From Takakia lepidozioides (lineage: Eukaryota > Plantae > Bryophyta), in NCBI GenBank assembly GCA_030704615.1, contig CM060731.1:12958001-13022000 (forward strand): a stretch of 64,000 nt of DNA, read 5' to 3'. Below, piece by piece: positions 13,363-25,859 of the stretch (its first letter is position 1; each line of letters starts with the position of its first letter). The position numbers and the translations under genes are program-made. The notes under the pieces were generated by a model, which saw only the letters and a program-made list of their open reading frames with translations, did no database searches and was not told where the DNA came from.

Positions 13363-13966
13363 CCGTAGGTCCATAGCAGATTAGGCATCCCAGCGCCTAA
13401 TAATTATTAAATTTGGAATATTCTTTTTAGGCATTTAAAAAAAGGATTTATGTAAATTAGACACTTTCATCCATAATTTTTTATGTTAGGCACCTTTCAT
13501 CACTTGGAACTTCTCCTTCCATCCCCAAAGGTCTCGCGTACCCCCTCTCTTCTTCCCCAAGACAAACACTAAGAAAAAGTCTGATTTCTATCTTGATGTT
13601 GAGGTGGTGGAGAGCATGAGTCGCTACCTTGGAAATTTGCACATTGAAGACTCAGATGTACCTGACTTGAATGGGGATGAAGACTTCAATGATGAGCATA
13701 TGGAGGATGTTCGAGACTCATTGGAAGGTCCTTTGGAGGTTGTATGGACCTACGGAGTTGGCCTATACTTTTTGAACATTTATGGAGGCATTTGTTTTTT
13801 GTTTTCAATAGAAATTATATAGAGTAGGATTTTTTTAGATAATTTTACTGAATTAGGCACTTTCATTATTTTTTCCAACCTCTTAGGAATAAATCTTGAA
13901 AAATCACAGATTTGCTCAGGCACTTTTTTAAATTTAATTTGTGCCTAATCTGCTATGAACCTACGG
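13363..13966. mobile_element. Non-autonomous Tc1/mariner-superfamily element (604 bp) with ~25-bp TIRs and TA TSD
   Basis: ta|ccgtaggtccatagcagattaggca ... tgcctaatctgctatgaacctacgg|ta; internal taggcac-like repeats. Confidence 0.88.
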
Positions 13967-14748
13967 TAAGTTCAAAACCTATTTCTATGTAAATCCTACT
14001 CAAAAAACCGTACCAAACCTACAACCAACACACATGTGACTGAAACCATCTGGCCCAACCTTGGGCTGGTTTGTTACTGGGTTTGAAGGGTCCAAGCATT
14101 GGCTTGATGAAAAAAAATATGCTTTGACCTCTTGTTGCCACTCATGTTCTAGGCATGAGGCAAGTCACCATGCACTATCACTGTTGGTTCCAAACGCCAC
14201 CAACGATGGCTCAAAGAGTTCAAAATGAGTTGGTATCTATAACATGGATTTATATTAGTTGGCAGAGAAATTGTTGTGATACATAAATCAGTTACCTGCG
14301 TTGGTCTATAAGGCTTACTAGTCCCTCGGTCCCTGGTGACCATGGGGCTCGATTGGAATTACATCAGCAATGCCATCACCAAATTTTCTTGCAATGACCT
14401 CCATGGGCTGGCTGCCAGAGAGCATGCACCTTTGGAGGATTGTGAAAGACAATGGATGACCATATGTGCCTAATCAATGAGATGGAGCTCAGAGGAACAC
14501 ATTATGGAAATGGTGAATATGGAGACACAAATCAATTGTACATTTAATTAAGAATGGGAGCGCACATAGTTTGTATGAACAGATCATTTGTTGTCTCTGG
14601 GGTTGTGTATTTCTTTTGCCAGTGATTCATAGGAAGTTGAAGCAAGTGGCTAATATCTTCTGGCAGCTTTTTTAAAATGCAGCCAATTTTTCACCTTCAC
14701 ATGTTTGAATTATCTTCTGTAATAGAGTTTAACGGAGTTTTTCAGCTT

Positions 14749-16036
14749 TGACGCACCAGGTTCATGGACCCTTGCCCTCGTGTTTGTCTCGCATATGATG
14801 GACTCGTATTCATTGGTATCATATGTCTCGCGGTATTCCCTCCGGTTCTCTATCATTTTGCTCTCATTCATCGTGATAGCTCCGTCTGCCAACAATTGTA
14901 GTGCGTGAAAACCTACACAACCAATGCCTAGCATAAATCCTCAACAAGGTATAAATGATGCGAATTGTAATTGCATGCATAACTGCAACTGAACCCAACC
15001 CTAAACCTCTGACAATGGTGTGCATGTCATTTATCCTAAACCCTAAACCCCAAAACATCATGAATGGACTGCAGATAATATGAAATATGTCAATATGGAG
15101 AGTGATCATGGACCAAAATAGTGACCTAAGTTGTCCTGGAAGGAAAAAAAAACTATAGAACATATGTGCCATTAAATTATGGAAAGTGATGCCCGAGATC
15201 ACCTTAAATTCTTGTAATACAACATCAAAAATTGCAAAGTCGGCAGCTTTATGCCTTACCAGTCTCCCAAGTCTCGAAAGTATCGGCAAAGTAACAAACT
15301 CTTCACCTCAGCTCCATGTAAAGGGTTGCATGAAGTGCCCAAAACTAGCAAAACAGGCCCACTTTTGCACTTTGCTAACTACTGTAGTAAGACAAGGAGA
15401 CCTGAGTCACATTATGCAGATTTGTGAACCTATGCATTCAATATATGTGAAAGAACCAACAAAGAACGATTGGGTTCGGATGCTCATTGCAGAACTCACT
15501 CACCCGCAAAGTATAACCTGGAGGAAGAGCAGAATGAAAATCCGGAGAAAACAAATGACAAGTCGATCGTTTTGGAGCGATAATAAGGACCTGCACGCAA
15601 GAAAGTTTGGAGCGCAAGCGTTGCAACCTCTGAACACGGCGACCACATCCTACATCGTAGCAGGAGTGCCCACTGCTGTCCACAAAATCGACGTGCATGA
15701 TGGGACGCGGTACGCCAACACCAACAATAGCAACAAAAACGAGAGTTGGTACATGTATTCTCCACCTACCCTCATAATTTTATATGCAATGGCATGCATG
15801 GGGAGGATGAAGGCATGCAGGGGGGATGGAGGGCGATGCCATGCATGAGGGCAAGATGGAAGGGATGCGGGAGAGGGCACGTCTCATGTCCTGGCAGCGG
15901 AAACATGAGGCACGGGAGGGCGTGCCGCGCGGTATGCGGGCGATGGAGGCGGGGGTGGGCGTGGGGTGGCGGGGGGTCCACGTTGGCTGAACCGGGCCCC
16001 TCGCATTCAACTCCCGGGCCTTATCTATTACTTGGC
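14749..16036 (-). mobile_element. Truncated Mutator-like element end (terminal variant 2) with the 5' part of an unknown cargo gene
   Basis: Ends ...gggccttatctattacttggc at 16036; homologous to ~27068-28550; ORF segment MNESKMIENRREYRETYDTNEYESIICE. Confidence 0.8.
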
Positions 16037-17229
16037 CTATCTGTGCAGGTATTGTACTGCCACTACAGTATTTTAAGTTTTAGCCCAATTCATACAAAGT
16101 ACAGTTGGGAAAATCAGGGTATCCATGAACTCGCCGAAGTATCATAGCACTCGTAGCAAACTAGAGTGAAGTTCTGATTTTAGCGAGATTTTAGCAAACT
16201 GCATGGTGCCCACTAGGTATTGTACTTGTTTTAGCCCATTTGATACAAAGTGGTAGCAACTTAGGGCATCCATGAGCTCTTTGAATTATCTTAGTCATAG
16301 CGTACTAGTTTGGACCGTTGAATTTTGGTGGTCGCAGAAATTTGTTGGGTTTTTAATTAGTTCCGAGCACCAATATTATGGTCGTAATTTTTATTTTTAT
16401 TTTCATTAGGTGCGACTGCCAATGTTTGATGGTCGCAATATTTTTATAATTTTTAATTAACTACGACCACCAGTATTGGCTATCGACGTATCTGTCAAGG
16501 CCACGTGGCTATAATAATTTTTTTAATCCAGAATATATATTTACTATTATCCTAATAAAATGGACGGGATGTAGGTTGCGTCAGGGTCAATTTTTGACGC
16601 GGCGTGAGAGGATGTGTGCAATTAAGACATGAGCCAACCTTCTTCTGCATAGATCCTTTGAAGATCTTCATGGACCGGGTGTATCAACGGTTCTTTTCCA
16701 ACATGCTCAGTACTTATGCAACTTTTGACTCATAGCCGGGCCACACAGGGTGCGGTGGACGCACAGTGGTTGAACGAAGGCCCCACGACGTTGCTAGACG
16801 GCGGCTGCGTTGCGGCCATACTGCCTGCCGTCCCCCAATAGGTCGAGTAGGTGGCCAGCCACAATTGAGAGAGATGCTTTGTAATCCAACGGCCCATAAT
16901 TTTTCACTGTCCCATTCTTTCTTCGCGCATAGTTACACATGATGTACATCACGGCTGTGCATGGAAGCTTACCCCGGGCTTTTGGCATCCTTATTGTTGA
17001 GCTTACGAATATCACCCAACTTCTTGAGGTCATATGTACTTGCCCCCACATACACATGCTCTCTTCGAACGTTGTGATGGTAAAGATTGGTATAGAGTTT
17101 CCCTCTCTGTTTCTTGATGGACCCGATAGAATTTTTAATGTATTTGCCCTTTTTTGCAACTAATGCAAGTTCTATGTTGCACATTAATTTTTCTGTTGTT
17201 ATGTACGGTAGTGGTGAGTGATTATGTGC

Positions 17230-17985
17230 AGTTGAGACACAAACGAGAGTGGTGAAAATTCCCCGTTCGAATCACAATTGGAGGACAATTCAAAATGATG
17301 TTTGACATTTGAGTCCTCAGGTTAGAGATGCCATGTGGTTGGAAATGTACGTGATGAAATACGTAGCATTTGGAAGGCTCTGCAATTTATTGACACTTTT
17401 CATTCAGAGGCAAACAACTAATTGGAGAAAGCCAATCGGAATTGATAGAGCATTTGCGATGGTTTTGCACAAGTTGGCATTCGGGTACTCCAACAGGCTC
17501 GTGGCCAATCTATTCTGTGTTGGCCGCAGTACTATGTACTTGTATACCAAAGCTTATCACAAAGTGTCTATCCAACAAAGATATTTAGTACTTACAATTT
17601 GTTAGCAAACCTGAAGGAGAACGATTGGAATCTATTATACAGGGATTCTTGGAGGTTACAGGTTTGCCTAATCTTCGTGGAGCTATAGACGGCTCCCACA
17701 TTGGGTTGGGTTAAAAAGCCAGACTTGAATTACATGTCAGCGGACTATTGGAACAGACATGATCATCATAGTGTGCTCCTTCAAGCTGTTTGTGATCACA
17801 ACTACATGTTTTGGGATGCGTATGTTAATGCGCCTGGAGGCACTCATGATGCAACACATTTTCGAGCATCTTCATTGTATCACAAATTAATGGGTAGAGA
17901 AATACTCCAAACATCCTACGTTGACAATTAGCTCAAATTATCTTGGCATGTGTCGCATTGCACAACTTTTGCAAGATGTGTGGAG
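17230..17985 (+). pseudogene. PIF/Harbinger transposase remnant (DDE_Tnp_4/HARBI1-like) with an internal deletion
   Basis: VANLFCVGRST; GLPNLRGAIDGSH; HHSVLLQAVCD; APGGTHDA; IILACVALHNFC; frameshifts. Confidence 0.88.
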
Positions 17986-18014
17986 AAGAACTAGTGGTGC
18001 CTTGAGTGTGGTTT

Positions 18015-18290
18015 GGTGCCTTGGTATCCTTACATAGGCCACAACACACTTATGCTATGATGGGATGCAAAGAAAAATTATTTCATACCATTAACCAGAC
18101 CTGAGATAGATCCATAGTTGTATGTCTAGGTTACAATTGAAAGACCTCTTTACATGGGAGGCTCTAATTCATGGCCAAGACACTCAAATTGAGTTTGGTT
18201 TGGGCATCCTTACATAGGCCACAACACACTTATACTATAATGGGATGCAAAGCAAAATTATTTGATACCATTAACCAGCTCTGAGATAGG
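18015..18290. repeat. Two ~90-bp direct repeats, 180 bp apart
   Basis: atccttacataggccacaacacacttat...gggatgcaaag.aaaattattt.ataccattaaccag occurs twice. Confidence 0.85.
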
Positions 18291-21200
18291 ATTTCAAAGC
18301 AATGGTGTGATAGCATTCACACACCTAAAATATCCCCTAGTGTGCTTAAATGAATCATGTGAAAGAATGTAGCATGAAGTAATAGTTTCACTCTCTTAAA
18401 TCAAGTGAGTGATGGTGCCAATGACAAATCATTGTGGTATACAAATATTTTTCACATGAAGGAAGGCAAGAAAAGGCAAGCTACACACACCTGCTGGCTG
18501 CAAGGTCGACGTTCTCCTCTTGCTTCCTCTTCAAACTCTACCCCGTTGGTGGTTTTTTACAAGAATAACGTGGTGACTTTCTAGTAAAGACAAGTAAATG
18601 AAAGTCACACAGGACGCGTGGAGCTCTACGATGCCCCCCGAGCTTCTCGGAACGTACGTTCGGCTGCATAACGCAGTTCTCTCTGGTTGGAGAACTAGGT
18701 TGCGTTTACGCGGGGGCGCCAGTGACGGGAAGCTCTGACAACGTTGCGCGCCGAGGCCCTGGGTTATGGGACCTGCGTTCCACAGACGTATATGGCCTGT
18801 GTGGCTCTGGCATCAATCAACTATGCTAGACTATTATCTTGCAAAATGGCCTTGAGCACATATGAATGCAAACCTTAAGCTTGAGATGGAGGGAACGATG
18901 CTGGTCTAAAGCTTACAACAACTAAAAAAAGACATAAAGTACAAAGACGTACACACCCTAAGCTTAAGATGGGAAGTCATGCTCATTCGGATAAAGCAAT
19001 GTACCACTCACAATTGAGACATAGACAATTTTGGTAAGCCTTAGTTGTATTGTAATCACTAAGTGTTATAATTATTAACAATACCTATATTTGTGGAGTA
19101 GATTGTCGTTACAAAATTTTGCATGATCAAAATCATGAAGAAAGGTTGTTGAATGCAATGTGATCCAAATGTGGAGGCTAATGTGACATGGACAACAAAC
19201 CTAGTACAAAGTTTGTTGAATTTGTTATAATTTATTTATTTAAATATAAAATTATTACTGAACCTCAAACATACAATTAATCAGAAGACAAAATTATTCT
19301 CCCACCTGTTCAGAACCCTAACTCACGTGGAAGTGACATTTATTATATTTTTGAGCGATTCTTAGCCGACATCGGCCAAGTGAGGGCCGACACATGGAAG
19401 TTTACCCTTGATGCACTTTACATGGTCATCCGTGCCCGTTGAATGACGTCACCATTGTCACGGGTCATATTTGTCTTTTGACCATGCTTCTAGGGCAAGA
19501 AAGCCAACATGCCTTGCAATGCTAGGATCTTTGGAAGTCTTAAGGTCATTGGCTATCATGAGCTTGTGTGCGTGGAGCTTTCCAATATTAGAGTTGCAGT
19601 GAGTTGCTTCTTGTGTTCTATAGCTATGAAAAGTGATTATTTTAATACTTGATGTAGTTGACAATTTCATCACATTAAGCTGGAAATTAAATAAATGATA
19701 TATATTTTAAGAACCCTTGATCACATGAATTGCATATGTAATACTGCAACTACATGAATCCATTGTGCAAGATAACAATATGAAACGAACAAGCACATTG
19801 GTGTTGCAAGCATTTGAAACCAAACAAGCAGCTAGACGCGTTTGGCTTCTCTTTGCGAATAGTGAAATCTACTTTCATCCATAATAAACTGAAAATTCAT
19901 CCATTTATTTTTCATAAATTGTTCAATAAGAAAGATGTTATCTGATGAAATAGTTTTCAGCAAATGAGATGAGGTAACGCATAGGGAAGGCACAACAGGG
20001 GCTCAACAATTTTTGACACTGATGCGTAGTCTCTTCCTTAGAATAAAGAGGAGCCAATAAACTTAAAACACGGAAAAGAACAACGATGCGAAGTACTAGT
20101 CGTGCATTCTAAGGGCCGTACGACACTAGCGGCATACCAACGACACTGATGTGGACATTGCAGGCTAGGGATTGTTGGATGATATAGGTCCATGTCAGCA
20201 AGCGGCAATGATTCGGCTACCACACTATAGCAGAAGCCCAATGGCAAAAAATATCGCAACTACCTTATCTTCATTCTAAAAATAACCAATTCCTCGAACC
20301 TTTGACATCGCATCGCTTCGCGATGGCGGGAGAATCGTGATACGACAAAATGACTTCCTAAAATTATGGATTTCCAGCGATGCTGCCTGGAAATCCGTAT
20401 TTCATGGTAATGTGACATGTAGGCGCCAGTTTGGAGCCATGTGAATGCCTCTCCACTGGCAACAACCGCTTGTGTGGTAGGCAGAGTGGCACACTGCCCT
20501 AAGGGTCCGAAATTGAGTGTCGCTGCCCCTTGCTGCTAGTGTGGTATCGCCCCAAGGCTAGAGATGACCTGAACCTAGATGTTTGCTATTAATATTGGCT
20601 ATAAGTAGCCAGTCTTGTACTATCACGGGCCTATAATCTACAAGACTTCGGAGTTTGCAAGCCATAGCATCCGTTAACGGATAAAGGGTACATGGTAATG
20701 CATTTTTAGCATGGGAAGGGAGAAAATAGCAGAAAATATTGGGTATGACGTCATAATCAGGGGCGAGCATGTAAATGGCTCTTAGAAGGTGGACACTTCG
20801 AACCTTGATCGCCCATGTTATGCACAGACGAGGCACAATAAATAATCGATTGTATTTTATTTACATAGCAAGTTTTCTATGTATCGGCAGCTTCCTGAAA
20901 CTGCTTGAAGACATTGGTTGTTGGCATGGTGGTCATCCATGACCCATTCCCACCAATGTTTGTTAATACATTCTCTCTGGAATCTGGCCACATATTCCCC
21001 ACGTTTCCTGCAACTATCTCATGTGAGACAGGAAGTCGTGAATTCTGCAGAGGAATTTCATGGAGGGGATCTCGCCCTGATGAGGGTTGATGCCACTACT
21101 GGCCAACAACATGGTTGCCATTGGCAGAAGAGTTGTGACGTTTGCTGTTTGGATGTCCCCAATACTCTTCCTCTGTTTGTGGGTCATCACCCCTTCCGTG

Positions 21201-21329
21201 CTTCTTTGGCTGCAATGAAAGTGTCTGAGACTTCAAAAGGGGATATCTACATAGTGCACACAAATACTTCTCTTGGCCTATCTGTTCAATAGATTTTTGT
21301 CCAACAACATTTCCAAGGGAGGAAGGTCC

Positions 21330-21430
21330 ATGACCATGTGGTGATCGATTCTGGATTTGAGTCAGATGTCTTAGTGGGTACTGCTCTTATTGCCATGTAT
21401 GCCAAGTGCGGGAGTCTGGGGGATGCAAGA
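21330..21430 (+). pseudogene. PLS-class PPR motif fragment
   Basis: SGFESDVLVGTALIAMYAKCGSLGDAR. Confidence 0.75.
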
Positions 21431-21799
21431 TATCATGCTTGTGTTCATGATATGCATACTATGTGCTTGTCACTACCTGAGAGAGTCACTTATGGAATTC
21501 CATCCTTGTAAGGATGTGAAGATGCCTAAGAACAATATACGGGGATGAATGAACCGTACATAATGTATATTGGGAATGAATGAAGATTAGAATTATCATA
21601 CTATGAATGAAAACACATACAGAAAGTATGAGTGCATATGTGCATATAGTGCCTGTACACTCATGTTGACTTGTCGTCTGCACACTGTGCTCTTCATTTC
21701 CAAGATGAGTTGTCTGATAGAGTTGAAATATTGTTCTTTGGATCCCATGTTGCATTTGCTGTTTGTTTTATAGGTTCATTGAAAGAACTTGCTGGAAAT

Positions 21800-24655
21800 G
21801 ATAAGTGTCATGTAGAACAATGCCCAGCCCGGAATCGGTTTTGATACAAAATCCAGGGTTCTGTTCTCATCATAGCCATGGAATTGGACAGCCTAGATCT
21901 TGTCCCCTATCACTTGGAAGCTCTGCTCCAGATTGCTGTCAAGCATGTGCAATAATTGGGGATGAGTATATGTATATGAGAGCTCAAGTACTCTGTAATT
22001 CATTTCTCTCTTCAAAATCCACCTTGCTTGTTTCTGCTATCGGATATCACGGATGCTCCATTGTAGCAGAGGCTATGGTTTGTGGGTGAGACAATGGATG
22101 TTGGATTAGCTAAGGCTGCTAACTTGGAGCATGCGCTAAGGATACTAATAAAGTGATCTGGTCAAGCTTACACTTTCTCGTTACATTTGCCTACAATAGT
22201 AATCAAATGCTTCCGCGCACCACGTCCTTGCTAAGATGACCCTGAAATGATCACATTCCATGAGAACACATCTCGTTCGGGCATTTTGTCAAACATTTGG
22301 CATGCATTCACAAAACCCCTGCACTAGCAATATATGTTGACAAGGGCATTGGCCACCTGGCCAACCGATTTGAGTCTAGCCTCAACTATGTCCGCATGAA
22401 GCCACTTGCCCTGTTCCAGGGCTAAGGGGCTGGCACATGAATTGAGGATGCTCAAATAGGTGATCTCATTTGGCGTCAAGCCTTCTTGTTGCGTTCTCTG
22501 CCAGAATTCAGTTGCCTTTTGGAATTGCCCTTGCTGAACTAATCCTGCAATCATCACATTCCATCAGATCACATCTCGCGGCCCTGGGCATTTTGTCAAA
22601 CACTTGGCTTGCACCCACCACATCCCCACACTTGTAGTACATGCTGACCAGGGCAGTGCCCATAAGGAGATCTGACTCAAATCCAGCCTTGATTATGCTC
22701 GCATGGAAATGCTTGCCCTATTCTAAAAGTATTCAATTGCCTCTCCGCTATGCCCTTTCTCAGCTAGTCCTGCAATCATCGCAATCCATGAAATCACATT
22801 TCGTGCATGCATATTGTCAAAAACTTGATGCGCATTCATTATACTCCTGCATTTGCAATACATGCTGACAAGACCGCCGTTGCTTACTCGAAGATCTAAC
22901 TCAAATCCAGCTATCTTGATTTCGGCATGGACCCGCTTGTCAACTCTGCATGGATCCCCTGAATTTGCAGATGCACATTGTCTTCTACAATGTATGCACC
23001 TGGTGGTTGACCTCAATGTAGCTGCGCCCTTGCTCTTTTTTGACACCTTTCTCCTCCATCATTTTTCTCACAATTGCTTTTTCCTCCCACCTACTAGCTG
23101 CACATTGTGCTAGCACCACATTACCATGAATTCTGCAGGTACCAAGTGTGGCCCCCCACACCGAAGCACTTGGTTCGATTGGCATTTTGTTAATGGAGTC
23201 CTCAGCCTCATCTGATCGTCTTGCACGACCAAGAAGTCCACCATGTAGCCAAAATGCTCTAATTTGTAGGAATTCGGCCATGATCTTGACTCCTAGAATC
23301 AAAGTAGTGACGGCCTTCTTTCACTAATCCTGCATGACTACATTAAGAGAGAAGATATATAAATGTGATAACATCCGGCTTCAAGCCTTCCTATTGCATT
23401 TGTTCACATTGTTGGAGGGCTTCCTCACACCATCCGTGCTATCCATATCCTGCAATCGTAGCATTCCATGAGATCAAATCTCGTTCACATTGTTGAAACT
23501 TGGTGTGCTTCCTTCAAGCTTTTGCATTTTGCATACATGTCAACAAGGGCAGTTTCCAGAACGATATCTAACAGGTTTGCATTTTCGATGAGGCCAACAT
23601 GGACCAATTTGCAATCTTTTCGTGGCTCCTAACATGCATTGAGAACACAATGAAAGTGACCCTACCAGGCGCCACCCCTTCCTTTTGCATTTTCCATACA
23701 TATGGAAAGCTTCCCGTGCATACTTGAATGTGCATTCTCTATTTTCCCTCACATTTGGCAGACGTGTCAACAAGGGCAGTATCCAGAATGATATCTGGCA
23801 CAGTTCCAGCTTTGATAATGTCAACATGGACTTCTTTGCCCTTTTCCACTGCTCTTAGGCCAGCACACACATTCAGAACACAACAAATGTGGCCCTATTG
23901 GGCAATTCCCCTTCTCATTGCATTTGCTCATAGATCTGGAAAGCATCCCTACCAAACCCATATTGGGCAAATGAATCACATTTTGCTTATGCTTATAGAT
24001 CTCAAATTCTTCTTTACCACACTGATGTCTGGCATATCGTACCATTCTCATACTCCAGGTAATTAACCATATCTCATTCACAAATTCTCTCAAACACTTC
24101 GTGTGCATCCACCACACTCCCACAATTGGCATACATGTTGATGAGGGTGTTCTGTAGACAAACATTTGGCTTGAATCCATTTCAGATAATGTGGGCATGC
24201 ACGTGCTTTCCAGCTGCAAGGTCTTTTATATTTTGTGCATTCCTGCAAAAGATGGACATATCTGCAGCAATTCTAGCTTTGATGATGTTAGAATGGACCT
24301 CTTTACCCCTTTCCAGGACTTCAAGGTTGGCACATGCATAGATTGCGACCTGATTGGCTATCACCCCTTCCTGTACCATTTGCTTATAGATCTTGAAAGC
24401 CTCCGAACCACACTGATTCTGAGTATATCCTCCAATCATCACATTCCATGAGACCACATTTTGTTGAGACATGGTGTCGACCACTCCTTGTGCATCCTCG
24501 GACATTGTAACAGAAAATGGATATTATCTTCAGGCCGTCTGCATACCAGGCATTGACAATCTCCTTTTCCTTTGATGCTCCCACAGTTGGCATACTGGCA
24601 GCAAGGGAGGTCTCCAGGATGATATCTGGTGCTAGCCCAGGTTTGATGATTTGTG
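21800..24655 (-). pseudogene. Mosaic of degenerate PLS-class PPR genes (organellar RNA-editing factor type) with an E domain and E+-like remnant
   Basis: GLTPNEITYLSILNSCASPLALEQGKWLHADI; NVISWIAMIAGLA; KMPIEPSASVWGATLGTCRIHGNV; VRKMMEEKGVKKEQGRSYIEV; SHPQT; many stops and frameshifts. Confidence 0.88.
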
Positions 24656-24699
24656 TTGTCAGTCATGAAGTCGGACCATCTGATTCAGCTTCATCTTGT

Positions 24700-25575
24700 G
24701 CAACAGTGACAAACTGTGACCATTCCCCACCAGCTTCATAGCTCCCACAGTAGTTGTACAACACATATAACAAAAGTGGCAGCTCGAAAAACTCACATGC
24801 TGCCGAAAGGCATTTTGGTGGGCGGCAATAACTGGGGTACCAGGCTCATAACCCTGGTAAACACAGGTAGGAAATGCTTGCTCATCTCGAAAGCAGGCAT
24901 AAACAATAGCCATAATATAACCGACATCCAGAGGAGGCCAGTCACATCCCTGTCAAGGCCCACATATCAAGGCACTGTCCCATTTGCCAGCCCCAAATGT
25001 TGTGCCATTGCCTGCAGTCAAGGTGAATGTTACTTCTGTCAGACTTCAGTTGAGCAAATAACCGGGAGAAGGAACATGGCAGTCTTTAAACAAATCTGTG
25101 AAGTGTTATGCAGGGAATGTGGCACTTTTGGACCGTGGTGTTTCTAATAGCCACAAAATTTTTCACGCTCGCCAGTGACCAGATAAGGATAAGACACAAA
25201 ATTCTAGTGAACATCATTCCTCTTTCTATCTCCCTCTCCAATTACCTGCAAAGCAACAGCATAATTGTTGGAGGAGTTGCCATGGCCAACCACAAACACA
25301 GGCGGCAAGCGACTCAATTTGTCGTCCATTTCACCTTCCTTCACTGCCATCGCTCCGCAAATGCACGCATCATAACCGCATGCTCTCTCCACAAGCTGCG
25401 ATAGAGGAAAGGGATTCCCACCACAACAATTACAGAGTATTCTGGCCCCAGTCTAGACTGAGTGCGCAAATCCCCCTATGTGTGTGGCCATATACGGCTC
25501 TGACTCCCAGACCTGCAAAGGGCTCCTGGAGATCACAAAAAAGTTCACAGCGTCCGGAAGGGTACAAATCATCTG
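24700..25575 (-). pseudogene. Decayed coding sequence of unknown family embedded in the PPR debris
   Basis: One minus-strand frame reads protein-like with few stops: VWESEPYMATHIGGF..ILCNCCGGNPFPLSQLVERACGYDACICG...WMSVILWLLFMPAFEMSKHFLPVF. Confidence 0.35.
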
Positions 25576-25635
25576 TGGCCAACTTCTAGAGGATTGTCAA
25601 TATGAAAGTGACAAGTACACATGAGTAGACCACTC

Positions 25636-25856
25636 TCAAGGAACATTTGGAAAGTTATTCTCATGACCCATGAAGAGACCCACAGCCGCGGGGCTGGCAC
25701 ATACATTGAGGATGCTCATGAAGGTGACCTTGTTGGGCTTCAAGCCTTCTTGTTGCATACTTCGGAAGTAACGAAAAACCTTTTCACTTTGCCCGTGCCA
25801 AGCTAATCCTGCAAGCATGGCATTCCAAGAGATCACATCTCACTTAGGGATTTTTT
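25636..25856 (-). pseudogene. PLS-class PPR fragment
   Basis: ISWNAMLAGLAWHGQSEKVFRYFRSMQQEGLKPNKVTFMSILNVCASPAA. Confidence 0.85.
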
Positions 25857-25859
25857 CCC

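Noticed and set aside
16305-16480. ggtcgc/gcgacc repeats suggestive of CACTA subterminal repeats
   Set aside because: No CACTA terminus or TSD could be identified.
21790-21900. DYW deaminase domain
   Set aside because: No HxE or CxxC motif or DYW end is recognisable; too degraded to call.
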